From an uncultured Clostridia bacterium (lineage in GTDB: Bacteria; Bacillota; Clostridia; Christensenellales; CAAEEZ01): 64,000 bases of DNA. Below, in pieces: positions 51,935 through 60,307 of this stretch. A program made the position numbers and the translations under genes. How positions within the stretch are numbered: position 1 is the stretch's first letter; every line of letters starts with the position of its first letter. The notes under the pieces were generated by a model that saw only the letters and a list, made by a program, of their open reading frames with translations, was not told where the DNA came from and did no database searches. The stretch covers positions 115,805-179,804 of the forward strand of contig CAKRNA010000003.1 of NCBI GenBank assembly GCA_934365195.1, read 5' to 3'.

Positions 51935-53458
51935 ATGAAAGAAGCGAATGAATTAGTTGCCGAATTGATTTTGTATGCAGAAAACAACTTGTATCTAGAC
52001 AAAGAGGATAGCATTTACCTAACCAACCTTTTACTTCATAGGCTAAACCTAAGGTTTCCGTGCGACGTTAAGCCCGAAAAAGCAAGGTTTGTAACCGAAA
52101 TAATGGACGATATCGTAGACTACGCAGTAGAAGTAGGTCTTACCACAAACGAGGAAAGAGCGCTGTTTGAAACCGAAATTTTGGGCATGGTTTCCCCTCT
52201 TCCGTCAAAGGCTAGGGCTTTGTTTGATAGGTGCGCAAGTGAGCACGGGACAAAAGCAGCAACCGAGGGCTTTTTTAAGTTCTGCAAGGACGTAAACTAC
52301 ATTAGAACAAGAGATATCGCAAAAAATATCAAATGGGAAACAACGGGCGAAAAAGGTAATATCCAAATCACCATAAACCTATCAAAACCCGAGAAAGATC
52401 CTAAGGATATACTTAGAGCAAAAATGGAGGACTCCTCGAAAAAGTACCCAAAATGTATGCTTTGCAAGGAGAACGAAGGTTTTTGGGGCACGTTCAGTTT
52501 GCCTGCACGCCAAACGCTTAGAATTTTGCCTATCTCTTTAAACAACGAGAGTTGGAACTTACAATTCTCACCATATATGTACTTTGACCAACATTGCATT
52601 GCGTTCAGTTCGGAGCACAGACCTATGAACGTAAGCGTAAATTCTTTTAGGGCAATGCTTGATTTTGTGGAACTTTTCCCACACTACTTCATAGGCTCTA
52701 ACGCAGCGCTACCGATCGTAGGCGGCTCTATTTTGTCGCACGACCACTATCAAGGCGGAGCAAAAGTACTGCCTATGTTCACAAGGGGCAACAAACTTAC
52801 CTTTAAATCGGCAAAGTACCCTTCGGTTGAAATCGGCATAGTGGACTGGTACAACAGCGTAATTAGGCTAACCTCGTCTAACAGAGAGGAACTGGAAAAG
52901 ATTAGCGAATATATCCTAAACTTCTGGAACGACTACTCCGACGAAGACTGTGGCATAATCGCTCGTGACAGCGAACAACACAACGCAATTACGCCAATCA
53001 CCACTTTTGAAAGCGGAAAATACACTCTAAACTTCATTTTGCGTAACAATAGGTGCGATAAGGAGCACCCGTTCGGTATATTCCACCCTGCCGAAAGGTT
53101 GCACAATATCAAAAAGGAAGGCATAGGAATTATCGAAGTAATGGGCTTGTTTATCTTACCGGGCAGACTACTTAGCGAAATGAATATGATAAAGGATTAC
53201 CTACTGGGTAAAACCGATATCGTCTTAGACAAACTAACAAATGAGGACAAACTTTACAAACATATCGGTATGATAAAATCGCTTGAACAAACCCTAAACG
53301 GCGAGAAGAACGAGGATAAAGTGGGCGACGCTATCACAAACTACATCAACGTGGCATGCCAAGATATTCTATTTACGACGGGCGTATTTAAAAACACCGA
53401 AGAAGGCGAGCAAGCATTCGTTTCTATGATGGAAAAAATGGGCTTTACAAAGTGCTAA
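51935..53458 (+). CDS. galT: UDP-glucose--hexose-1-phosphate uridylyltransferase, long (type 2) form
   Basis: 507 aa, the size and sequence style of Firmicute type-2 GalT (KCMLCKENEG, SILSHDHYQGG). It is divergent from galK. SD aaAGAGGaattaaa. Confidence 0.88.
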   Translation: MKEANELVAELILYAENNLYLDKEDSIYLTNLLLHRLNLRFPCDVKPEKARFVTEIMDDIVDYAVEVGLTTNEERALFETEILGMVSPLPSKARALFDRCASEHGTKAATEGFFKFCKDVNYIRTRDIAKNIKWETTGEKGNIQITINLSKPEKDPKDILRAKMEDSSKKYPKCMLCKENEGFWGTFSLPARQTLRILPISLNNESWNLQFSPYMYFDQHCIAFSSEHRPMNVSVNSFRAMLDFVELFPHYFIGSNAALPIVGGSILSHDHYQGGAKVLPMFTRGNKLTFKSAKYPSVEIGIVDWYNSVIRLTSSNREELEKISEYILNFWNDYSDEDCGIIARDSEQHNAITPITTFESGKYTLNFILRNNRCDKEHPFGIFHPAERLHNIKKEGIGIIEVMGLFILPGRLLSEMNMIKDYLLGKTDIVLDKLTNEDKLYKHIGMIKSLEQTLNGEKNEDKVGDAITNYINVACQDILFTTGVFKNTEEGEQAFVSMMEKMGFTKC

Positions 53459-53491
53459 CTGACAGTAAACTTTATAAATAAAAATATTAAG

Positions 53492-53522
53492 CCGAGAGTA
53501 ACAAGCGTTCTCTCGGTTTTTT
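53492..53522 (+). terminator. intrinsic terminator after galT
   Basis: CCGAGAG-(11-nt loop)-CUCUCGG followed by U6. Confidence 0.75.
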
Positions 53523-53541
53523 ACTAATTACGAATAAACAT

Positions 53542-53568
53542 AAAAAATCCGCCACGTTTAGTAGCGGA
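53542..53568 (-). terminator. intrinsic terminator after the Big_2 lipoprotein gene
   Basis: Minus-strand UCCGCUAC-UAAAC-GUGGCGGA (one G.U) followed by U6. Confidence 0.7.
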
Positions 53569-53598
53569 CTAATTATAATATCGTTATAAAATCACGTT

Positions 53599-54660
53599 TT
53601 ACATAGGGTACTTCAAGGTAAAGGTTTGCGTTTTTTCAAAGCCCGTCTTACTTTCCTCAATCACAACCGATACGCTTTCTTCAAAAGTTGCTTCCTCAAT
53701 TGTAGGCAACTTGATATACATTACAGAATTATTTATTTCCTTGTACTCTACGTTACTCGTAATATCTACTTTACGTCCTGTTCTATTGTATATAAAATTC
53801 ACTTTAAAATCAGGCTCAAAATTTATTACGCCGTCGTTTGACGATAGTAACACGCTACCTTGCGTTTTTAGTGTAACGTTTCTTTCCCTTGTTTTTATCG
53901 TTCTAGTAGTTATATCTACTTTTACCTTATCCTTGTCGGTAGTAGGAACTTTTAAAGCAAAATCGTCTGTCTCCCAAGGCTCTTGCTTGTAGAATTGCAC
54001 CTCAAAACGCACGGTGGAAAATTTAGCACTATTATCCGCACTTTTTACGGTTATGTCCACCTTTTTTAAAACATCGCTTGTTGCGTCTTCTATTTTCTTA
54101 AAGGTAACTACTCCCTCACTATCTACGGTAGCAACTTTACTATCGCTGGTTTCGTACACAACGGATTGTAAAGCGTTTGCAGGCATTACGCTAGCAGTAA
54201 TCTTGGTGGTAATCGGCGATTTAATAGAAGTGCTTGTAAATAATACGTAACTATTTACAACGTCGTCTCTTTTTATCAGCACGTTGCTAGTAGTAACGTT
54301 TGCTACGTTTACTCCTTCAACGTTACCGTACACCTTCACCGTTACGCTCTTTTTTACGTCGTTCGTTGCCTTAATAACCACTTCGCAACTTCCGGCACTC
54401 ACACCGATAACATCGCCGTTTTGGTTTACCCTTGCAACGCCGGTGTTACTAGACGAAAAAATCAAAGTTTTGTCCACGGCGTTGTACGGAATAACGGTGG
54501 CGCTTAACGTCTTTCTCTCTCCGACCTTTAATTCCACGCTATCCACAACGTTTATTGCGGTTACTAAAACGTCGTCAGATTTTTCGCCACATGCGGTTAG
54601 CCCGATAGTAAGCACGACCATACATGCGAAAACTAAAGTAACTAATCCTTTCTTTTTCAT
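53599..54660 (-). CDS. lipoprotein with bacterial Ig-like (Big_2) domains
   Basis: The start is set at ATG 54660 (MKKKGLVTLVFACMVVLTIGLTAC lipobox, SD GGGAGtgaaatt). A Big_2-like module is present: VTAINVVDSVELKVGERKTLSATVIPYNAVDKTLIFSSSNTGVARVNQNGDVIGVSAGSCEVVIKA. A second similar module follows. Confidence 0.75.
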   Translation of the reverse strand: MKKKGLVTLVFACMVVLTIGLTACGEKSDDVLVTAINVVDSVELKVGERKTLSATVIPYNAVDKTLIFSSSNTGVARVNQNGDVIGVSAGSCEVVIKATNDVKKSVTVKVYGNVEGVNVANVTTSNVLIKRDDVVNSYVLFTSTSIKSPITTKITASVMPANALQSVVYETSDSKVATVDSEGVVTFKKIEDATSDVLKKVDITVKSADNSAKFSTVRFEVQFYKQEPWETDDFALKVPTTDKDKVKVDITTRTIKTRERNVTLKTQGSVLLSSNDGVINFEPDFKVNFIYNRTGRKVDITSNVEYKEINNSVMYIKLPTIEEATFEESVSVVIEESKTGFEKTQTFTLKYPM

Positions 54661-54940
54661 AATTTCACTCCCTAAAATCTCTTTCACGTCCCCTAAAACT
54701 TGAGGGATTATATTTTCCTTCTACTCTAAATATATCACAACAAAAAGGCAAATATGATTTTTTGTGAAGAATTTATAATTTGCAAACTTTGAATAATATT
54801 TTTCATCTTTTTTTGTCGATTTTTACTCGTTTTTTTTCTTATTTTTCGGAATTTTCATTTTTTTAGACAATTTTTTTTGAATTATCAGTAAATAAAGGCG
54901 ATTAAATGCTCTTTTTACAGGTTATAAAAAGGTTTTGATA

Positions 54941-54969
54941 TTGACAATATTTTTTTATTTTGATATAAT
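54941..54969 (+). promoter_or_regulatory. consensus sigma-A promoter of the SRP RNA gene
   Basis: TTGACA (54941-54946), a 17-nt spacer, and an extended -10 TGATATAAT (54961-54969). Confidence 0.8.
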
Positions 54970-54974
54970 TATTT

Positions 54975-55244
54975 CGATTGTGCTAAGCGGGGAACTAGTG
55001 GTGCCCTGTACCTACAACCCACTTTAGTAGGGCCGAACGCCTTCCTAGGTATATTTTATGGAAAGCAGGAATTAGCAAGGAACGTTGACGTTAAGGTCTT
55101 GTGCAATAACGTATTGTGAACCGTGTCAGGACTTGACGGTAGCAGCACTAAGCAAATTTCGTTGTGTGCCACAAGGTTGCCTTAAAATAGTTACCTACTA
55201 GGATACCGTTTCGGTAAAATATATCAACGAAGGCTGCACAATTT
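54975..55244 (+). ncRNA. ffs: signal recognition particle RNA, large Bacillus-type (Alu domain + S domain)
   Basis: It is colinear with B. subtilis scRNA as I recall it. The Alu-domain block is GTGCTAAGCGGGGA..AG.GGTGCCCTGTACCT.CAA.CC.CT.TAG.AGGGCCGAA. The S domain is GTTGACGTT..GGTC.TG.GCAAT...TGAACC.TGTCAGG.C..GA.GG.AGCAGCA..AAG...TGTGCC.CA.GGTTGCC. The closing helix is ATTGTGC (54977-54983) / GCACAAT (55236-55242). A consensus promoter lies upstream and a terminator downstream. Confidence 0.92.
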
Positions 55245-55256
55245 TTTTGATAATCG

Positions 55257-55282
55257 GCAAGAGAATTACTCTTGCTTTTTTT
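55257..55282 (+). terminator. intrinsic terminator of the SRP RNA gene
   Basis: GCAAGAG-AAUUA-CUCUUGC followed by U7. Confidence 0.85.
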
Positions 55283-55624
55283 ATTACTCTTTTATTGTTT
55301 TCTATTATTTTTTATATTATTTTTATATAATTTTTTATATTTTTCTTACAGTTTATTATTCCATTTTTCTATATTTATTTTTCGCATTTTGATGTTTTTA
55401 ACACTATTTGTTGCGTCCTACTTTTTAATATTTTTTTTGCTAAATTGCCACGTATTTTTGTGGCTAAAATTCGTTTTTTCCTAATTCTCCCCGTAAATTT
55501 TGTTTTCCCCGTGTTTTTAACGTATTTTCATAACGGCTATTAGATTATTTATTTTTGTTTTTTAGGTAATTTTTGCCACTTTTACTTAGCAATTTTTTTT
55601 ATAAGGTGGTATAATTATATTATT

Positions 55625-56314
55625 ATGAAAATATGTGGACTTGAAAAATTTTCTTTAGTTGATTACGACGATTACGTAACCTGCACGGTCTTTACGAAAG
55701 GCTGCAACTTTTTGTGCCCTTTCTGTCACAACTCCTCACTTGTTCTTGCCGACCGCTATGCCGACGCAATAGACGAGGACGTTGTTTTTGACTACCTAAC
55801 AAAACGTAGTAAAATGGTAGACGCCGTGTGCATAACCGGTGGTGAACCCACCCTGCAACCCGACCTTGTGGACTTTATCAAAAAGGTAAAAGATATGGGC
55901 TTTAAGGTAAAACTTGACTCTAACGGCACAAAACCGTCGCTTATCGGTAGGCTTATCGAGGACAACCTAATAGACTACGTTGCAATGGATATCAAAAATT
56001 CGCTGGAAAAGTACCCTCTTACGACGGGGGTGGACGGGCTTGACGTAGCGCCTATTTTAGAAAGCATAAAGATAATTAAAAGCACCCCGAATCACGAGTT
56101 TAGAACCACGCTAATTAAGGAGCATCACACTAAGGAAGACATCGAAAAAATCGCCGACCTTGTAAGCGGCGCAAAAAACTACGTGCTTCAAAAGTTTAAG
56201 GATAACGGCGAGTGTATTAGCCACGGCCTTACCGAAGTGGATAAGGACGTTGCCGAAAAATACTTGGAGATAGTTAAACCTTACGTACAAACCGCAAAAC
56301 TAAGAGGCTATTAA
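55625..56314 (+). CDS. nrdG: anaerobic ribonucleoside-triphosphate reductase activating protein (radical SAM)
   Basis: 229 aa. SLVDYDDYVTCTVFTKGCNFLCPFCHN (CX3CX2C) and ITGGEPTLQPDL, typical of the longer NrdG-type activases. Confidence 0.85.
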   Translation: MKICGLEKFSLVDYDDYVTCTVFTKGCNFLCPFCHNSSLVLADRYADAIDEDVVFDYLTKRSKMVDAVCITGGEPTLQPDLVDFIKKVKDMGFKVKLDSNGTKPSLIGRLIEDNLIDYVAMDIKNSLEKYPLTTGVDGLDVAPILESIKIIKSTPNHEFRTTLIKEHHTKEDIEKIADLVSGAKNYVLQKFKDNGECISHGLTEVDKDVAEKYLEIVKPYVQTAKLRGY

Positions 56315-56352
56315 AATACCCTTAGCCTAAAATAATTTTTAGATAAAAAATA

Positions 56353-56386
56353 CTCTCTATGCAAAGTAAAACATAGAGAGTTTTTT
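56353..56386 (+). terminator. intrinsic terminator after nrdG
   Basis: CUCUCUAUG-(10-nt loop)-CAUAGAGAG followed by U6. Confidence 0.8.
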
Positions 56387-56545
56387 ATTCCCGTTTCATT
56401 TCTTTTACACCTGCAAATAATCTAATTTAGCCGCAACTTATTGCGAACAATCAAGTTAAACCTTGCTCTAATTTTAGCATATTTATTATTTATCCTTAAA
56501 ATTTAATAACGCCGATTATAGCACAAACCACACTTTAAACTACAA

Positions 56546-56570
56546 AACCGACGTATAAACGTCGGTTTTT
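56546..56570. terminator. hairpin downstream of the TrxR-like gene (bidirectional shape)
   Basis: AACCGACG-TATAAA-CGTCGGTT is flanked by A4 on one side and T5 on the other, about 95 nt after the minus-strand stop at 56665. Confidence 0.5.
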
Positions 56571-56664
56571 GTTATTATATTGACCTTATTTAAAACTTAA
56601 TTAGGTTTATTTCGCTTTGCGCTAATTACGAACGATACAGTCTATCGAGCCATTAACTAATCGA

Positions 56665-57582
56665 TTAAGCGTTTAAGGAATCTATATACTTAGATGCGCT
56701 AAATCCTGCCGTAGAGCCGTCGCCTACCGCCGTGGTAAGTTGACGGGTTGCCTTAGTCCTTGTGTCGCCCGCAACGAACAAGCCAGCCGTTTTGGTGCGG
56801 CAAGTTTCGTCGGCGATGATATATCCGTTTTTGTCAAGGTCTACAAGATTACTAAAAATTTCGTTTTCAGGGGCTTGACCAACGGCTATAAACACACCCT
56901 TTACACTAAATTCTTTGGTTTCGTGAGTTTTGGTATCTTCGAATTTTAAGCCCGTAAGTTCACCGCCCTCTTCCTCGAACTTAGTAAGTTGCAAGTTGTG
57001 GTGAATTTCCACGTTGTCTCTTTTGGATAGTGCGCTTACAAGGGTTGGCTCGCCAAAAAACCTATCGAACAAAGTAAGCACGTACACCTTTCGGCAAGTG
57101 TTTGCAAGAAGCAAGCCGTATTGTAGCGCCGTGTTTGCGTCACCGATTAAAGCCACGTCTTCGCCTTGGTAAAAAGCACCGTCACAAACAGCGCAGTAAG
57201 ACACGCCGTGACCGATTAACCCTTCCTCCCCTTCTACGCCGATATGCCTTGCCTTTGCCCCGGTTGCTATAATTACGCTTTTGCATTCCCTTACGCCGTA
57301 GTCGGTGGTCACCTTAAAAATATCGCCCTCTTTTTCCACCTTCAACACCTTTTCCAGTTCGAAGTCAACGCCTAGGTCAAGTATTTGGTCAAATAAGTTG
57401 CTCGATAGTTCCTCCCCGCTAATTTGCTTTATCGTAGGGAAGTTTTCCACCTTAGGTGACAATGCGATTTGACCGCCCACGGTATCGCACTCTAACACTA
57501 AAACTTTTTTACCGCTTCTTACAGAATATAAGGCAGAGGTCATTCCTGCGACCCCTGCTCCTATAACAATTATATCGTACAT
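56665..57582 (-). CDS. thioredoxin-reductase-fold flavoprotein lacking the NADPH-binding motifs (FFTR-like candidate)
   Basis: 305 aa. It has an FAD GxGxxG (IIVIGAGVAGMT), the redox-active CAVCDG and the C-terminal FVAGD. Where E. coli TrxB reads VIGGGNTAVEEA and HRRDGFRA, this protein reads LIGDANTALQYG and TLFDRFFG, so all three 2'-phosphate-binding Arg residues are replaced. Confidence 0.75.
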   Translation of the reverse strand: MYDIIVIGAGVAGMTSALYSVRSGKKVLVLECDTVGGQIALSPKVENFPTIKQISGEELSSNLFDQILDLGVDFELEKVLKVEKEGDIFKVTTDYGVRECKSVIIATGAKARHIGVEGEEGLIGHGVSYCAVCDGAFYQGEDVALIGDANTALQYGLLLANTCRKVYVLTLFDRFFGEPTLVSALSKRDNVEIHHNLQLTKFEEEGGELTGLKFEDTKTHETKEFSVKGVFIAVGQAPENEIFSNLVDLDKNGYIIADETCRTKTAGLFVAGDTRTKATRQLTTAVGDGSTAGFSASKYIDSLNA

Positions 57583-57591
57583 AATTCCTCG

Positions 57592-59952
57592 TTATTTGCT
57601 CTCTACAAAGCGTTTGATTTCGCTAGCATTCTCGTACTTAACCACGGTGTTTCCGTCCGATACAAGAAGTGTAGGCGCTTTTTTGATGCCATATTCGTTT
57701 GCAAGTTCCTTATTAGACATAGCGTCGATTTGAGTGTACTCAATTCCTGCTTTGTCTAGTATTGATTTTGCCATTTTGCAGTTAGGACAAGTTGGGCTGG
57801 TGAATAAAACCAAGCCTTTTTCCATTTTAGCCTCGCCGGTTTCACACTCGCAAGCCGCTAAGGTTTTGTCCTTTAAGTGAGAGTTTTCGATAACGTACTC
57901 TTTCCTCTCCTTAAATTCCTCGGTCTTACCGTCATTCCAGTTTTGAACAGGACGATAGTAACCGGTGATACGGCTGTAAACCTCGGTATTTCTGCCACAA
58001 TCAGGACACTTGTAAATCTCGCCGTCGATATATCCGTGATCGCAACAAATAGAATAAGTCGGGCTTAGGGTAAAGTAAGGCAAACGGTAGTTTTCTGCAA
58101 TCTTTCTAACTAGGTTAGCAGCAGACTTCCAGTCCGACAACTTTTGACCTAAGAAAGCGTGGAAAACCGTGCCTGACGTGTACAATGTTTGTAGTTCGTC
58201 TTGAATATCAAGAGCCTCAAAAATATCCTCGGTGTAGCCTACAGGAAGGTGAGAACTGTTCGTGTAGTAAGGAACGTTGTTGTCCTTCGATGCCGTGATA
58301 ATATCAGGGAATTTTGCCTTGTCGTGTTTTGCAAGCCTATAAGAAGTCGACTCTGCAGGAGTAGCCTCTAAGTTGTACAAATCGCCGTACTCTTCTTGGT
58401 AGTCGGATAGTTTGTTCCTCATAAAGTTTAGCACGTCTTGAGTGAACTTTTGAGCCTCTCTATGAGTTAAATCCATTCCTAGCCATTTTGCGTTTAGGCA
58501 AGCCTCGTTCATACCAACCAAACCGATTGTTGAGAAGTGGTTGTTGAAAGTGCCTAGGTAACGCTTGGTGTAAGGGTACAAGCCCTCGTCAAGAAGTTTC
58601 GTAATAACGTTTCTCTTGATTTTCAAACTTCTTGCGGCAACATTCATAAGTTTTTCTAATCTCTCATAAAAGTCCTTTTCGTCAGAAGATAGGTAAGCAA
58701 GTTTTGGCATATTCAAGGTAACAACGCCAACCGAACCGGTGGACTCACCGCTACCGAAGAAACCACCGGACTTCTTACGAAGTTCACGAAGGTCAAGACG
58801 AAGACGGCAGCACATACTTCTTACGTCGCTTGGTTCCATATCGCTGTTGATATAGTTAGAGAAGTAAGGAGTGCCGTATTTTGCGGTCATTTCAAACAAT
58901 AGTTTGTTGTTCTCTGTTTCGGACCAGTCAAAATCACGGGTGATTGAATAGGTAGGGATAGGATATTGGAATCCTCTGCCGTTAGCGTCGCCCTCAATCA
59001 TAATCTCGATAAACGCTTTGTTTACCATAGCCATTTCTTTTTGGCAATCCTTGTACTTGAAGTCCATTTCCTTTCCGCCAACGATTGCATTTAGTTCTGC
59101 AAGGTCGTTAGGAACTACCCAGTCCAAAGTAATGTTGGTAAACGGAGATTGAGTACCCCATCTACTTGGAGTATTTACGCCGTAAATAAACGATTGAATG
59201 CATTGTTTTACTTCTTTATAAGATAGGTTGTCTGCTTTGACAAACGGTGCTAGATAGGTATCGAAAGAAGAGAATGCTTGAGCGCCTGCCCATTCGTTTT
59301 GCATTATACCTAAGAAGTTTACCATTTGGTTACACAAAGTAGAAAGGTGAGATGCTGGTGCAGAAGTGATTTTTCCCGGTATTCCGCCAAGACCTTCTAC
59401 GATAAGTTGTTTTAGCGACCAACCTGCGCAGTAACCGGTTAACATAGACAAGTCGTGGATATGTAAGTCTGCATCTTTGTGCGCCCTGCCTATTTCCTCG
59501 TCGTAAATCTCGTTTAGCCAGTAGTTTGCGGTAATAGCGCCGGAGTTTGACAAAATCAAACCGCCAACAGAATAGGTAACGGTAGAATTTTCCTTAACAC
59601 GCCAGTCGTTTACCTTTAAGTAGTCGTTTACGGTCTTTTTGTAGTCAAGCATAGCAGAACCCATATCACGAATTTTTTCGTGTTGTTTTCTGTACAAAAT
59701 GTATGCCTTAGATACGTCTACAAAACTTGCTTGGATTAGCACGACCTCAACTGAGTCTTGGATATCCTCCACCGTGATGACGTCGTCTACAACCTTCTCG
59801 TTAAAGTTAGACACTACCCTTAGCGAAATCATATCGATTACGTCGTCGGTATAAGCACGCTTTACTGCATCAAAAGCCTTTTCAATAGCCACTTTAATTT
59901 TAGTAATATCAAAAGGCACGATATTACCGTCTCTTTTCTTTACGTTCAACAT
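57592..59952 (-). CDS. nrdD: anaerobic (class III) ribonucleoside-triphosphate reductase fused to a C-terminal glutaredoxin/thioredoxin-fold domain
   Basis: 786 aa. N-terminal ATP-cone (VKKRDGNIVPFDITKIKVAIEKAF), finger loop RSMCCRLRLD, Zn ribbon CCDHG...CPDCG and glycyl-radical motif SRITGYYRPV. An extra domain of about 80 aa follows: LVLFTSPTCPNCKMAKSILDKAGIEYTQIDA... (CPNC at nt 57778-57789). Confidence 0.9.
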   Translation of the reverse strand: MLNVKKRDGNIVPFDITKIKVAIEKAFDAVKRAYTDDVIDMISLRVVSNFNEKVVDDVITVEDIQDSVEVVLIQASFVDVSKAYILYRKQHEKIRDMGSAMLDYKKTVNDYLKVNDWRVKENSTVTYSVGGLILSNSGAITANYWLNEIYDEEIGRAHKDADLHIHDLSMLTGYCAGWSLKQLIVEGLGGIPGKITSAPASHLSTLCNQMVNFLGIMQNEWAGAQAFSSFDTYLAPFVKADNLSYKEVKQCIQSFIYGVNTPSRWGTQSPFTNITLDWVVPNDLAELNAIVGGKEMDFKYKDCQKEMAMVNKAFIEIMIEGDANGRGFQYPIPTYSITRDFDWSETENNKLLFEMTAKYGTPYFSNYINSDMEPSDVRSMCCRLRLDLRELRKKSGGFFGSGESTGSVGVVTLNMPKLAYLSSDEKDFYERLEKLMNVAARSLKIKRNVITKLLDEGLYPYTKRYLGTFNNHFSTIGLVGMNEACLNAKWLGMDLTHREAQKFTQDVLNFMRNKLSDYQEEYGDLYNLEATPAESTSYRLAKHDKAKFPDIITASKDNNVPYYTNSSHLPVGYTEDIFEALDIQDELQTLYTSGTVFHAFLGQKLSDWKSAANLVRKIAENYRLPYFTLSPTYSICCDHGYIDGEIYKCPDCGRNTEVYSRITGYYRPVQNWNDGKTEEFKERKEYVIENSHLKDKTLAACECETGEAKMEKGLVLFTSPTCPNCKMAKSILDKAGIEYTQIDAMSNKELANEYGIKKAPTLLVSDGNTVVKYENASEIKRFVESK

Positions 59953-59987
59953 CTCTTTACACCTCTTTTTCGTTTTTAAGCCTTTTC

Positions 59988-60016
59988 ATTATAGCAAAGC
60001 CATTGTGTTCTGTCAA
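59988..60016 (-). promoter_or_regulatory. consensus sigma-A promoter of nrdD
   Basis: The minus strand has TTGACA (60016-60011), a 17-nt spacer and an extended -10 TGCTATAAT (59996-59988). Confidence 0.7.
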
Positions 60017-60025
60017 TATCAATTT

Positions 60026-60072
60026 ACACAAAATATTGTGTTATTTTTCTCAAAATTTACTATATATTGTGG
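60026..60072 (-). promoter_or_regulatory. tandem NrdR boxes upstream of nrdD
   Basis: Box A is ACACAAAATATTGTGT (60026-60041), 15/16 to the acaCwAtATaTwGtgt consensus. Box B is TTACTATATATTGTGG (60057-60072), 13/16. Centre-to-centre spacing is 31 bp (three helical turns), as in described NrdR operators. Box A ends 10 bp upstream of the -35. Confidence 0.75.
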
Positions 60073-60271
60073 TTTTAATTACAAGTTATTATGCATTAAG
60101 AATAAAAAATATACACGATAATTACACAAAACGCACTTTATTAGACTAATTTTTACGTTTTAAGTTAATTTAGCAAAAAACCCCGTGTATAATTACAACA
60201 CAAATTATAAAAAATATTGCGAAAAAAAGTTTTTTTTGTAAAATAAAAAATTTTGTTAATAAATTTAATTT

Positions 60272-60297
60272 AAAAACCGACGGATTGCTCCGTCGGC
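60272..60297 (-). terminator. intrinsic terminator after the FGGY kinase gene
   Basis: Minus-strand CCGACGG-AGCAAU-CCGUCGG followed by U5, 11 nt after the stop. Confidence 0.75.
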
Positions 60298-60307
60298 TCA
60301 GCAGATT

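Noticed and set aside
55448-55463. CCACGTATTTTTGTGG palindrome upstream of nrdG as a third NrdR box.
   Set aside because: Only the outer CCAC/GTGG matches. The central ATAT core is absent (about 8/16 to consensus) and there is no tandem partner at a spacing of about 31 bp.
55272-55484. 70-aa ORF (MLFLLLFYCFLLFFILFLYNF...) between the SRP RNA and nrdG.
   Set aside because: It is an artefact of a T-rich spacer (poly-Phe/Leu/Ile). It has no SD, and it starts inside the SRP RNA terminator tail.
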